Source: Terrimicrobiaceae bacterium
Lineage (GTDB): Bacteria; Verrucomicrobiota; Verrucomicrobiia; Chthoniobacterales; Terrimicrobiaceae
DNA: 64,000 bases
Direction: 5' to 3'
NCBI GenBank assembly: GCA_041752695.1
Contig: JBGSVZ010000019.1
Location: 1 to 64,000 of the forward strand
Part shown: positions 28,525 through 38,574 of the stretch, one piece after another
Layout: each line of letters opens with the position of its first letter
Numbering within the stretch: position 1 is the first letter of the stretch
Translations under genes and position numbers: made by a program
The notes under the pieces: generated by a model
Told to the model about the DNA's origin: nothing
What the model saw: only the letters and a program-made list of their open reading frames with translations
The model's database searches: none

Positions 28525-29769
28525 ATGGCCCTGCGCGTCCTCTTCGTTCCGTTCGGCAGCGAGGGCGACACGAACCCGCTCTTCTGGCTGGCCGATGGTC
28601 TGGCCGCCCGTGGACACGAACCGGTTTTCCTGCTCTCCCCGCACTATGCGCGGCACGCCGAGTTGCGGGGCTACCGGTGGTTTCCAGTCGGGACGGAGGA
28701 GGACTTTCAGCGTTTTGCCCGCAATCCCGCACTCTGGCATGCGTACCAAGGCCCGCGATGGGTCATCCGAGGAATGCTGGAGAGCCTTCCCAATTACCGC
28801 GAGGCCTTCACGCAGGCGGGGACCAATTTTGACTTGGTCGTCACCTCGAGCTTTGCCTTCGCCGCCGGAGCCCTGGCGGAGGCCGCGGGCATTCCCAGGC
28901 TCACGCTTCATTTCCAGCCCATCTGCCTGCGCAGTGAATATGAATGCCCGCTTTTCCTCCCGGAGCTGGGATGGATCTGCCGCGCCCCGCGCTGGGTGAA
29001 GCGGCTGTTTTATGCCGGGGTGGATTTCACGCTCTGGCAAATGATCCGCAAAACGCTGAATGCCTTCCGCCGCGAACTCGCCCTGCCCCCGCTGCGGAAA
29101 TTTTACGACGAGGCGGTGAACGGTGCCGACGGCATCGCCGCGCTTTTTCCCGACTGGTTCGCCCCTGCCCAACCCGACTGGCCCCGCCAGTTGCGGCAAT
29201 TCGGGTTTCCCCTCACTCATTCGCCGCGTCCCCTCCCCGACGACCTGGAACGTTTCCTCGCCGAAGGCGAACCGCCGGTCGTCTGGACCCATGGTTCGGC
29301 CAATTTTTTCGTCAGCAAATTCCAGGACCGCGCCCTCGCGGTCTGCCGGGATCTAGGCGTGCGCTGCCTGCTGGTCAGCCTCGAACCTCCCTCCCAACCC
29401 CTTCCACCGGGCGCATTCCACTGCTCTCACGCCCGCTTCGAGGATCTTTTTCCCCGCTGCCGGGCGGCGGTGCATCACGGCGGCATCGGCACCACCGCCA
29501 AATGCATCGCGGCCGGCCTCCCGCAATTCATCATCCCCCGGTCGCACGACCAACCGGACAACGCCCAACGCATCGTCCAGCTCGGTCTGGGAGTGACGCT
29601 GAGTTACCGAAAAATCGGCTCCCCGAGAGCTCGCGGCGTCTTGCAAAATCTGCTCACTTCACCGAGTTTCGCCGCAAGATGCAGGGAATTCCAGACACGT
29701 ATGGCCGCGACCGAGCCTCTTCCTCCCGTCTGCGACTGGGCCGAGGAAATCGCCTCCCGAAAATCGTGA
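28525..29769 (+). CDS. GT-B glycosyltransferase (GT1, rhamnosyltransferase-like)
   Basis: GSEGDTNP, LFPDWFAPAQPDWP, VHHGGIGTT, HDQPDNA. Confidence 0.9.
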   Translation: MALRVLFVPFGSEGDTNPLFWLADGLAARGHEPVFLLSPHYARHAELRGYRWFPVGTEEDFQRFARNPALWHAYQGPRWVIRGMLESLPNYREAFTQAGTNFDLVVTSSFAFAAGALAEAAGIPRLTLHFQPICLRSEYECPLFLPELGWICRAPRWVKRLFYAGVDFTLWQMIRKTLNAFRRELALPPLRKFYDEAVNGADGIAALFPDWFAPAQPDWPRQLRQFGFPLTHSPRPLPDDLERFLAEGEPPVVWTHGSANFFVSKFQDRALAVCRDLGVRCLLVSLEPPSQPLPPGAFHCSHARFEDLFPRCRAAVHHGGIGTTAKCIAAGLPQFIIPRSHDQPDNAQRIVQLGLGVTLSYRKIGSPRARGVLQNLLTSPSFAARCREFQTRMAATEPLPPVCDWAEEIASRKS

Positions 29770-30485
29770 CCCGGTTCCTGACCATTCTTTTCCTCTCCCT
29801 GACCCTTCACGCCGCGGATCAACCCGATCCGGATGTCTTCACCGAGGCCTTAAAAAAGGCCATCACCGAAAATGACACCGAAACGCTGCTTTCCTTCGCC
29901 GACAGCGAGGGCCTGAGCGGCGAAGCCCGTCAGAGGCAGATCGAATCGCTGAAGGTGACCTACCCGAGCACAAATGTCTTTGCGGTTTCCCTCGGTCCGC
30001 TTCCGGTGGATTTCCCGCCTTTTTTTATCATGCACGGCAAACGTTACGAGCCGACCCACCCCCCGGAGGGCGTCGTCACCATATCGTTTCGCCAGGAAAG
30101 CGGCCTCACCTCCAAGCAACTCGCCTACGCCATCGTGGAGGGAAAATACAAGATCGTCGCCACGAAGAGCACCCAACTGGATTGGAAGGGGCCGCCGGAT
30201 TCCAGCCTGGGCTACATCCTCGAAGGAACCGGGGCCGAGAGCGCGGTGGTAAGGATCAAATTTAACGCCAGCGGCGTGGATATGGAGCGGACATTTCACG
30301 GGGCTGCCATCAATCTGTGGGGCCAGCATCTGAACGAAGTCGAAGTGACCAATGAAGACCCCAAAGCCAGCCTCACCCTCAAACTGCTGCGCGACGGCAA
30401 GGAGATCTACAAATCCGAGACCCTCACGGGCGCCGGAAAAATCCACTACGCCGGCGACAAACCCACGGCGCTCCAGGCGCAATAA
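29766..30485 (+). CDS. Secreted hypothetical protein
   Basis: GTGA overlap with the GT gene; signal peptide MTRFLTILFLSLTLHA. Confidence 0.7.
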   Translation: MTRFLTILFLSLTLHAADQPDPDVFTEALKKAITENDTETLLSFADSEGLSGEARQRQIESLKVTYPSTNVFAVSLGPLPVDFPPFFIMHGKRYEPTHPPEGVVTISFRQESGLTSKQLAYAIVEGKYKIVATKSTQLDWKGPPDSSLGYILEGTGAESAVVRIKFNASGVDMERTFHGAAINLWGQHLNEVEVTNEDPKASLTLKLLRDGKEIYKSETLTGAGKIHYAGDKPTALQAQ

Positions 30486-30488
30486 TCG

Positions 30489-32075
30489 TCAGACGGCACC
30501 GCGGCGGCTTTCCAGCAGGCCGCGAATCTCCGCACACTTCCCACGCGTCAAAGGGTAGAACCAGATCGAAAGGACCGCCACGGACCAAATGACAATGGGC
30601 AGAAAAAGATAAATCAAAAACATGCGTTGCAGCACGTCGTCGGGCTGCTGGGGAAGCTTGGCTTGAAATCCCGACATCTGAAGCACCACCCCACCAACGC
30701 CCATCGAAGCCGTCAACGAGGCTTTGATAAACCAGGAATAAAACGCATTGATCGATCCCTCCCGGCGGCGGGAAGTGTGTTGTTCATCGTAGTCGGCCAC
30801 ATCCGCTTTCATGGAGGGCAGAAACATCCAGACCGCGCCAATCGCCGTGGACTCAAAAAATCCCGAGATGATTTGCAGATAGGGATGGGCCGGTGTCATG
30901 AGGAAATAATTTAGCAAATGCCCGAACATGCTCACGCCGAGCATGAGGATCACCACGGTGCGTTTGTCGTATCTCTCACCCAGCCACGCAAAGAACGGCA
31001 GCATCGCGATCCCCGAAATCGCCAGCACCGTGCCTTTGATTCCCCCAATCGTGCCCGCCAGGATCATGTCTCCATGGCAGACGAAATAAATGCTCACGTA
31101 CTGGCCAAGTCCGCCGAGTGCCGAATATCCCATCACCAAAAAGAATGAAGCGCTGATCAATGACCAGAGCGGACCGCACCGCACGGACTCCTTGACGCTT
31201 CGCCAAAATGGCTCTGACGCCTGCTTGCTCGCTTCCTTCTCGTAGTACCGTTCCTTGACAAAAAGGGCGGGCAAGATGCCAAAAAAGAGGATCATCGCCG
31301 CAATGACCCAACACATGAGACGCATGCCGGTGACAATGGGATTTTCGTCCACGTGGTTGCTCGCGAAACTGTGCAGCCACGGCTGAATCCCTGTGACAAA
31401 GTTTTGAAACCACATCGGCTTCCCTTCCAGCACCTTAAAATCACCCTGGGCGATGGTGCCGACGAAGACAATAACCACAAACGTCCACCCTGTGACCAGG
31501 GCCGTGAGCTTTGAGACCAGTGCCATGACGGCCGTGAGGCGCGTGCGCTCATCGTAATTGGGAGTTAGTTCCAATTGGAGGCCGTAATACGGCATCGACC
31601 AACAGGTGAAACTGGTGAAAAAAATGATGCCGACAAAAATGAGATACAAAGAGGTGGCCTTTTCGCCGGCCGTCAGTCCGAGATGACTGATAAACGGAAT
31701 CCAGTCGGCCGCCCAGGCCAGCCATGATGTTCCATCTAGCACACTCTGCGGGAAGTGCCACATCAGCGGATACAACAACGCGGTCGTGATTGCCGCGACA
31801 AACATAAACGGACGCCGGCGCCCCCAGCGGGTGCGGGCATTGTCCGAGATATTGCCCATGATCGGGTCGGAGATAGCATCCCAGGCCCTGAGTACCATCA
31901 GAATAAGCCCCAGCACAATGGGACTAAGTCCCATACCGATGTTGAAGAACGGCATCCACATCACCGTCGTCATCAGCCCGGTCGCGACGTAATCCATGTT
32001 CTGTCCGCCCGCGAACATGAGCTTCTGAAACAAGGGAATGCGGTCTTCGGCCGCGATTTTATGAATGTGAGACAT
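30489..32075 (-). CDS. MFS sugar transporter (GPH/MelB-like)
   Basis: WDAISDPIMGNISD...RTRWGRRRPF, ELTPNYDERTRL, ADVADYDE...RREG. Confidence 0.92.
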   Translation of the reverse strand: MSHIHKIAAEDRIPLFQKLMFAGGQNMDYVATGLMTTVMWMPFFNIGMGLSPIVLGLILMVLRAWDAISDPIMGNISDNARTRWGRRRPFMFVAAITTALLYPLMWHFPQSVLDGTSWLAWAADWIPFISHLGLTAGEKATSLYLIFVGIIFFTSFTCWSMPYYGLQLELTPNYDERTRLTAVMALVSKLTALVTGWTFVVIVFVGTIAQGDFKVLEGKPMWFQNFVTGIQPWLHSFASNHVDENPIVTGMRLMCWVIAAMILFFGILPALFVKERYYEKEASKQASEPFWRSVKESVRCGPLWSLISASFFLVMGYSALGGLGQYVSIYFVCHGDMILAGTIGGIKGTVLAISGIAMLPFFAWLGERYDKRTVVILMLGVSMFGHLLNYFLMTPAHPYLQIISGFFESTAIGAVWMFLPSMKADVADYDEQHTSRRREGSINAFYSWFIKASLTASMGVGGVVLQMSGFQAKLPQQPDDVLQRMFLIYLFLPIVIWSVAVLSIWFYPLTRGKCAEIRGLLESRRGAV

Positions 32076-32087
32076 AAAAAACGGGCG

Positions 32088-33989
32088 TCAATCCGGGAGG
32101 CTGATTTGATAAGCGATCTGGCCGGCAGAGAGCGCCGCCCCTTCATGCACTAACCGCAGCCGATGAACTTTTGCGGGTTGCCCGTCGTGATCTTGAAAAA
32201 AACAGGTTTCCACTGGAAGCAAGCGGGCCCCGTCCACAGGTCGGATTCGCGTCGAGCCCGCGGCCGAGGTGATAAAGCCGTCTCCTTCCTGCACGCGGAC
32301 CGGGTCGCCGCAGATGATCAGGGATTGGACCACTCCGGGGGCGTTGAGTTCAAAATCGTCAGTCACGGTTAGGACCCCGGCAGCCTTCTGCCAAAGAAAC
32401 CTCCGGTGCAGACGCCGGCAGTCGGCCCTGGGGGGATAACACCGCGTGAGATCCAGCACAAACTCCCCGCCATCCTGGCCGTGGCGGACGGAGAGCACCG
32501 AGGCCGCGTAGTTTTCTCCCTCGGACTGTTCACAGCCATTCACGAAAGGCACGGAATGACCCAGGGAACGGGCGGCCAGAAAGTCGTACCGTTTGACCCC
32601 GAAAAAATCGTGAGTGTATTCTGGAGCGCCAATCTCGTGAATGACACGACTTCCGTCAATATTCACAATGTAGCTTCCGCAGTCGTTATGATTGTGGTGC
32701 TCTCCATTGTGACCTCCCTTGGCGGCAAACTCCCAGAGCCGTCCCCGACTGTCTTTGCCCCGGGTAACCAAAACTCCCAAGTCAGGAAGAAAACAATCCG
32801 TTGAGGGAAGACCATCCCCGGTCGGTTCAACTGTCGGACAAAGGAGGAGGGTCCGGAAAAGTGAAAAGACGTCGGCCCGCTCCGCCTCCCACTCGAACCC
32901 TTCTCTCAGAAGTCTGCGATAGGCCTCCCCGGCCGCCCCGCGACACTCAGGGTCATCGAGACGATCCGCCAGATAACTAAGAACCGAAGGCCTCAGCCCT
33001 CCTGACGGCACACCATCCGCAAAATTGACCAGGTTTCCGCCGGATAACGCCATGCGCGGCCCGTAGCGCGCAATCTCATGGATGTGGGCATCGTCCGCGA
33101 AAAGGGACAACTCCCCGCCGGTGCGGGTCTCGAGCTGTTCGTTCAGCACGGTGAACCAGCCAAATCCATAGCCCCAATATCCCGGCCCTTCCGAACATCC
33201 CCCATCAGGGCTGTAACCCTTCAGGAAATGAGGCAATCGTGTCCGCATGCGGTCGAGAATCGCCGCCAGCCGCTCGGGATCGTCAATCTGCGAAAGCGCC
33301 GCACCAACCACGCCCTGATGACAAACCGCATTCCAATTATGCGTGACTTCCATCCAGTGAAAATCCCGCTCCATAAAGTTGTCGAAGATCCCGTGCGTCA
33401 GTCTTTGCCGAACCCTATCCCGCAGGCCGTTTGGGATCACGTCGCCGAAAACATCGAGCATTTCCGCCATGAGATTCGCGGTCTCGGCGCAGAAGAGATC
33501 AATTTGCATCGGCTCCTTCCCGGAGGGATCGTCATGACTCCAATTGGTGTGCGCCGGAAGAGCCCAGGAGACTTCCTCGAAGATGTCCTGAAACTTCGAC
33601 AAGACCGACGCCACGAACTTATCCCGCCAGGGATCGTCCTTGGCCGCAAGCAGCAGACTAAGAGCAGCCCGGGCCAAACGCCGACGTCTTTCGAAATAGA
33701 CCACCTCAAAAGTGAGACGCACTCCCGTGCGATGGAAATGGCCGTAAAGTTCGTCCGTAAGTTCCGGCAAGGGTTCCGTGCATTCCTGCTCCGCCAAATC
33801 ACGCGCAGGGGCGGCCAATTTTTGCACCAAGGGGTTCCGTGCCACGCACTGCCACTCGCCCGCCTGCATCGGAGGCAGCAGCGGCTTGCGGGGTTGACGC
33901 GCCAGCACGGCGGCGATCTCTGCTGACGTCCACTCACCGTGCAGGAGATTCGCGGAGCGGCCCTTTTTGCCGGCGTTGGGAGCAATCAT
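32088..33989 (-). CDS. Heparinase II/III-like polysaccharide lyase domain protein
   Basis: IDLF, HNWNAVC, DGGCSEGPGYWGYG, NFAD, KGGHNGEHHNHNDCGS, GHSVP; ATGA overlap with GH130. Confidence 0.85.
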   Translation of the reverse strand: MIAPNAGKKGRSANLLHGEWTSAEIAAVLARQPRKPLLPPMQAGEWQCVARNPLVQKLAAPARDLAEQECTEPLPELTDELYGHFHRTGVRLTFEVVYFERRRRLARAALSLLLAAKDDPWRDKFVASVLSKFQDIFEEVSWALPAHTNWSHDDPSGKEPMQIDLFCAETANLMAEMLDVFGDVIPNGLRDRVRQRLTHGIFDNFMERDFHWMEVTHNWNAVCHQGVVGAALSQIDDPERLAAILDRMRTRLPHFLKGYSPDGGCSEGPGYWGYGFGWFTVLNEQLETRTGGELSLFADDAHIHEIARYGPRMALSGGNLVNFADGVPSGGLRPSVLSYLADRLDDPECRGAAGEAYRRLLREGFEWEAERADVFSLFRTLLLCPTVEPTGDGLPSTDCFLPDLGVLVTRGKDSRGRLWEFAAKGGHNGEHHNHNDCGSYIVNIDGSRVIHEIGAPEYTHDFFGVKRYDFLAARSLGHSVPFVNGCEQSEGENYAASVLSVRHGQDGGEFVLDLTRCYPPRADCRRLHRRFLWQKAAGVLTVTDDFELNAPGVVQSLIICGDPVRVQEGDGFITSAAGSTRIRPVDGARLLPVETCFFQDHDGQPAKVHRLRLVHEGAALSAGQIAYQISLPD

Positions 33990-34972
33990 GAGACCGGTCG
34001 ACACAGGGCTAGCAGATCGTCCACGTGCGCGGTGGCCAGGGCCACCACGGTGTCGGCGCCGCCGTAGTAAATTTTTACCTCGCCGCTGTCCTCAAGGATC
34101 ATACCACCCGGAAAAATCACGTCGTTACGGAAGCCCTTCCGCTCGTAACCGGCCTCGGGATTCAGCAGCGGTTCCTTGCTTATTCCGATGACCTTCGAAG
34201 GATTCTCCAGATCGAGCAGCATGATGCCGCCGTAGTATTTCTTATGCCACTCCCGTTCCCAGCCGCCGTAGTTGATGCTCTCGTCCCGCCAGACGGCATG
34301 AAACGTCGTCAGCCAGCCTTTCGCAGTTTTCACCGGGGGCGCGGCCGGCCCGGTTTTATCGTTGGCAAACGGCACAGACTCCACAGGGAGAACCAATTCG
34401 TGGTCGCCCCAATGTTTCAAGTCGGGCGACCAACCGGACCAGGTGTCGAACCGATCCCGTCCACGGCTGTAAACCGGAAAAGGACGCTCCAGGCGAAAAT
34501 ACCGCCCCCCGATTTTTTCCGGAAAGAGCACCATGTTTCGGTTGTCCGGAAGACTGAGGGACAGAATTTCGAAATTGGCAAAGTCTTTTGTCCGGGCAAT
34601 GCCGCCGCGCAGGCCATGCCGCGTGTCCATGGCAAAACAAATATGCACCACGCCATCAATCACGGTAATCCGAGGATCGTAGACCCGGAGCACCTCCTCA
34701 TCTCCCACCTGCCAGCAGGGCTCTGGCTGCACATCCCATTTCACACCATCGTCGCTGAACGCAAGCCCCAGCGAGGTTTTGAATCTCGGATGATGGCTCT
34801 CCCGACCTTCCCGGAAGGGACGCCAATCTTCCTCAGTGCTGCCGTAGTCGTTGCGGAAAATCATGACATACCGGCCTTCGTATTTGGCGACGCCGGCATT
34901 AAAGATCAGGGAGGCATCATACGGGATGTCCGAGGCCTGTAGGATGGGATTGGAAGGGTGGCGGTGAATCAT
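33986..34972 (-). CDS. GH130 glycoside phosphorylase/mannosidase
   Basis: RHPSNPIL, IFNAGV, YDPRIT, DNRNMVLFPEKIGG, NDVIFPGG, IYYGGADT. Confidence 0.92.
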   Translation of the reverse strand: MIHRHPSNPILQASDIPYDASLIFNAGVAKYEGRYVMIFRNDYGSTEEDWRPFREGRESHHPRFKTSLGLAFSDDGVKWDVQPEPCWQVGDEEVLRVYDPRITVIDGVVHICFAMDTRHGLRGGIARTKDFANFEILSLSLPDNRNMVLFPEKIGGRYFRLERPFPVYSRGRDRFDTWSGWSPDLKHWGDHELVLPVESVPFANDKTGPAAPPVKTAKGWLTTFHAVWRDESINYGGWEREWHKKYYGGIMLLDLENPSKVIGISKEPLLNPEAGYERKGFRNDVIFPGGMILEDSGEVKIYYGGADTVVALATAHVDDLLALCRPVS

Positions 34973-34988
34973 AACTTAGAGGGTTGTC

Positions 34989-36122
34989 TTAACGGGTTCG
35001 GCCAATCAATTCTGCGACCGAAACCAAGGCCACGTCCACCCGATCGTGCACGGTGGTCGTATAACAGATATACCGATCATCGAGGCAAAACTGCGGATGC
35101 GGGTGCAGGTGGGTGCATTTGGTCAAATGCGGGGCAAGCGGGCCCCGGTTGACGATCTCTATCTCCTTGCCCGTGAACGTGTCCCGAAACATCACATGAC
35201 AATCGGGGTTGTGCGGTTCGTCCATGCGGTCGGCCACGAGAAACCGTCCACTACGGTCACAGTGCGCGTGCGACAGCGCTCCCGGCCACATCATGGTCTC
35301 CACGCCCGTGGCGACCTCAACCTTTTTGACCCCCACGCCGTAATGCAGATACCAGACATGCTTGCCATCGGCGTCCCACCACTCGTGTCCGCTGTGACTC
35401 ACCGGGGCTTTTAGGATGGGACGGGCTTTCTCCCCGCGTCGGATGATCCACATGCGATGATACGGGCGGTCATGATCGAATGGTTCCGCCCCATGATCCA
35501 CCCAGTATTCGTGTGCGAACATTTGCACCTCCGGGTCGGTCGGGCTGAAAAGTCCGTGATTATAGACACCTTCCAATTTTTGCCAAAGACGGAATGGAGA
35601 TCCATCCAATGGCAAATCGCCGATGAAACTAACTTTGTTCCCATCTGCACGGAGAGAGCGGGCATCCAGATTGATATGACGGCGATCGGCGGAAAATGTC
35701 GGGTGAGTCGCCAATTGGTCAAGTCTCCCCTCCAACAGGTCCGATGGAAAACGCCCGACCCGGCAGGCCTGGTCACCGTGGAGCGGGCCGCGTTTCCAGA
35801 TTTCCAGTTCATTCCCCCAAATCACATCGCCCGTACCCGGATCGACGAGCGGCCGAGAGGAGGGAAATTGGGTTTCGTGATAAACCCGCAGTTCGTCGTG
35901 CTCTAGGTCCACGACCCCAAGCACTTGCTGCGCGTGCCTGCCGCCTTCCGGCGGAAATCCACAAGCCAGCCACAGATAACGGCCATCCTGGGAGAAGCTG
36001 GGGTGGGTATAATAGAACGACTGCTGAACCGGAGCGGCGCGCTCCGTTAGGATTAGGCTTTCGACCCCACTGGAAGGATTTTTCCAGCAGGTGAAAAGGC
36101 GAGACGTCTCCGGCGTATTCAT
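34989..36122 (-). CDS. Oligogalacturonate lyase-like (PL22-like) beta-propeller
   Basis: QSFYYTHPSFSQDGRYL, NHGLFSP, FAHE, GHEWW, HPHPQF; no signal peptide. Confidence 0.65.
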   Translation of the reverse strand: MNTPETSRLFTCWKNPSSGVESLILTERAAPVQQSFYYTHPSFSQDGRYLWLACGFPPEGGRHAQQVLGVVDLEHDELRVYHETQFPSSRPLVDPGTGDVIWGNELEIWKRGPLHGDQACRVGRFPSDLLEGRLDQLATHPTFSADRRHINLDARSLRADGNKVSFIGDLPLDGSPFRLWQKLEGVYNHGLFSPTDPEVQMFAHEYWVDHGAEPFDHDRPYHRMWIIRRGEKARPILKAPVSHSGHEWWDADGKHVWYLHYGVGVKKVEVATGVETMMWPGALSHAHCDRSGRFLVADRMDEPHNPDCHVMFRDTFTGKEIEIVNRGPLAPHLTKCTHLHPHPQFCLDDRYICYTTTVHDRVDVALVSVAELIGRTR

Positions 36123-36124
36123 CG

Positions 36125-37180
36125 TCAGGCGAAAGCCGGGGGGCTCTTTGCTGCGGAGGTCCGGGACATCAAGGCTTTTAGTTCAAAGTACGACGGCTTA
36201 CAATCTCCCTCTCGATCAAGTAAACCCCAGGCGGTTTCGGCAGGGCAGTCCGGCTCAAGGCATTGCCAGCATCTCTTCGCGTCCCGCCAGGAATAATAAG
36301 TCGCGCCGATCACAAAGGGTTTCTCCGTAAAGATCCGGAGGGATTCGCGAAGAAATTCCGCTTGAACCTCCGGGTTATGCCGACCGTGCCAGGAGAAACG
36401 CCATTTCTTGACCTGGCAGGGATAAACACCCGCAAGTTCCTCCTCCTCGCTCATCATTTCTCCCGCGGACGCATAGCCAAACTCCTGAATGATAATAGGC
36501 TTTCCGGTGAGGTGGTAAAATCCATCCAGATATTCATGCCAACTTTCGGGTCCGCCCTTCCGCCAGGTGCCGGGGTAACTGTCGAATCCGGCATAATCCA
36601 CCGGAAGCGTCGGATCCCCATAGATACCGCGCGCCAGCACAAGCCCTTCGTGAGCCTCGGTGTTGCCATCCACCTCGCCGGGGAGGGAGGGAAAGAGAGT
36701 GATGTTAACCCCGACCTTCACCTGCGGGACCGCCGCTTTCATTCCCCGGATGCCAGCTTTCAAAAACTCGACGCTCTGGTCCATGGACAAGACGCCCCGA
36801 AAAATCCAGATATCCAGTTCGTTGGCAATTTGCCACCAGTCAATCAGCCCCCGGAACTCCTCGGCAAAAAAGGCGCACATCCGGCCATAGTTGGCATAAT
36901 AGTCCGAAGACCCCGGGTCCCCGGCAAGTGGATGCATTTCGCGGGGCTGAGGAGTCAATCCCATCAACTGAAATCCCTGCCTGCGCAGCGCCTCCACGCG
37001 AATTTTGGCTGCCTGGAAGGCTTCGCTCTGCTGGGCATTTTGAAAAAACGCCTCCTGGTCAAAGCCAAAATCTCCAAACCGCAGCCAGCCGATTCCGGCA
37101 CCCCGCATGAGTTCCAGATCACGGTCTGTGAGTTCCGGGAGCCGGGCGGCCACCCCAAGCATAAATTCGTTGTTTATCAT
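36125..37180 (-). CDS. Clan GH-A glycoside hydrolase (family uncertain)
   Basis: [15 protein letters not shown] (acid/base), IIIQEFGY (nucleophile), WGLLD...KPSY. Confidence 0.75.
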   Translation of the reverse strand: MINNEFMLGVAARLPELTDRDLELMRGAGIGWLRFGDFGFDQEAFFQNAQQSEAFQAAKIRVEALRRQGFQLMGLTPQPREMHPLAGDPGSSDYYANYGRMCAFFAEEFRGLIDWWQIANELDIWIFRGVLSMDQSVEFLKAGIRGMKAAVPQVKVGVNITLFPSLPGEVDGNTEAHEGLVLARGIYGDPTLPVDYAGFDSYPGTWRKGGPESWHEYLDGFYHLTGKPIIIQEFGYASAGEMMSEEEELAGVYPCQVKKWRFSWHGRHNPEVQAEFLRESLRIFTEKPFVIGATYYSWRDAKRCWQCLEPDCPAETAWGLLDREGDCKPSYFELKALMSRTSAAKSPPAFA

Positions 37181-38325
37181 CGTAGCTTAGTGGACACGAA
37201 TTTTTTACCCGCGAGGGCCTCCTTGGCGGGCAGGCCCCAAAAGGGCGTCGGGGTGTAGTTCCAATCGGAAAGCATCACCGGAGTCGCCCAGGTGTGAAAC
37301 GACCAACCTGTCCAATTGAGGCGGTGCTTTTGGATGACCGCCAGCATGTCTGGAACCCAAGTGTATGGGTCTTCCTGACGGTCCGGGGGAAGGAAACTCA
37401 TCTTTTTGACATCGGCACCAACTTCCCCGACGAAGATGGGGTACTTCGCCGCTGCATCGAGAAAGGATTTCTGCCAGTCTTTTTTCCACGGATAAACGTG
37501 CGTGGAATACATAATGCCGTTGCCGGATTCGTCCTCCAGCGCATACCCGTCGAGAATCCCGGTAAGATCATAAGCCCAGTCCAAACCACCGGCGATGATG
37601 ACATTTTTCGCGCCGGTCGCACGAATCACTTCGACCAGCTTCTGCATGCCGGGAGAGTCATAACCCTCGTTCGCCCTTTTCTCTTCTTCACTCAGGAAAG
37701 CCGACTCATCGACTTCCTTCTTTTTCTTCTCCTCGACAAAACCCCCGTTCCGCCAGACCACCCAAGTAATGCCGTGCGGTTCATTGATAATGTCGAAAAG
37801 CACCGCAGGATGGTTTTTGTATTTGGTCGCAACATCCTTCCAAAATTCCAACTGCTCCGGCTTCACGGCGCGAAACACATGATTGTCGATCACGAGGTAA
37901 CATCCACGGTTGGCCGCCATATTGACCGCGGCATCCACAATGGCGCGATAGGCGGCACCGCCATCCGTCTGGGCTTTCGTTTTGGCCGTTTCCTTGCCCC
38001 GGCCAAACCAATATTCATCCTTCACCGCAAGACGCACCACATTGGATTTCCACTCCTCGATGGCCACCTTGGTGGAGTTCACAACCCCGTGACCCTCGGG
38101 CACAATTTCCAATCCCGGAACGGCCACGCCCTGCAACCATACCTCCCTGCCGTCGGGGTCGGTAAGGCGGTTGCCGGCGACCTTGATTTCCTTCGGCCAG
38201 TTCTCCGGCTTGGGGGCCTCCGGCGGAGGATCCTTGGGGTAATTTCGATCACTGCTATCGGCCATTGTGCTGGTGACCATGGCTAAAAACACAACCACGG
38301 CCTTCGTTCCTCCTGCAACTTTCAT
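37177..38325 (-). CDS. Secreted GH5 glycoside hydrolase
   Basis: [44 protein letters not shown]. Confidence 0.9.
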   Translation of the reverse strand: MKVAGGTKAVVVFLAMVTSTMADSSDRNYPKDPPPEAPKPENWPKEIKVAGNRLTDPDGREVWLQGVAVPGLEIVPEGHGVVNSTKVAIEEWKSNVVRLAVKDEYWFGRGKETAKTKAQTDGGAAYRAIVDAAVNMAANRGCYLVIDNHVFRAVKPEQLEFWKDVATKYKNHPAVLFDIINEPHGITWVVWRNGGFVEEKKKKEVDESAFLSEEEKRANEGYDSPGMQKLVEVIRATGAKNVIIAGGLDWAYDLTGILDGYALEDESGNGIMYSTHVYPWKKDWQKSFLDAAAKYPIFVGEVGADVKKMSFLPPDRQEDPYTWVPDMLAVIQKHRLNWTGWSFHTWATPVMLSDWNYTPTPFWGLPAKEALAGKKFVSTKLR

Positions 38326-38573
38326 AACGGCATTGCGTCGAGCTTTACCTGCCATTTTCCGTCCGCACCGGCTACCGCGCTCTGAGTTTGGTCGGCAAAA
38401 CACAGGGTAATTTTTTCGCCGGGATCCGCCCAACCCCAAACCGGAACCGGCATTTCTCTTTGCAGAACCATGCCCGGACCCAGGATGGCCGGAAGCTTCA
38501 CCTCGGCCCGCACCATCGTCGCCAGGACCACCACCGCAAGAGCCGCGGCAAGGGGGACGCGGGGCGCCTTCAC
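38322..38573 (-). pseudogene. Sialate O-acetylesterase N-terminal fragment
   Basis: Signal + [32 protein letters not shown]...[12 protein letters not shown], then stop at 83 aa; no GQSNM catalytic domain. Confidence 0.8.
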
Positions 38574-38574
38574 C

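Noticed and set aside
24781..29292. Long antisense ORFs (654 aa, 681 aa) and many similar shadow ORFs across the window
   Set aside because: They lie opposite well-supported genes and are expected from high-GC codon bias; no motifs.
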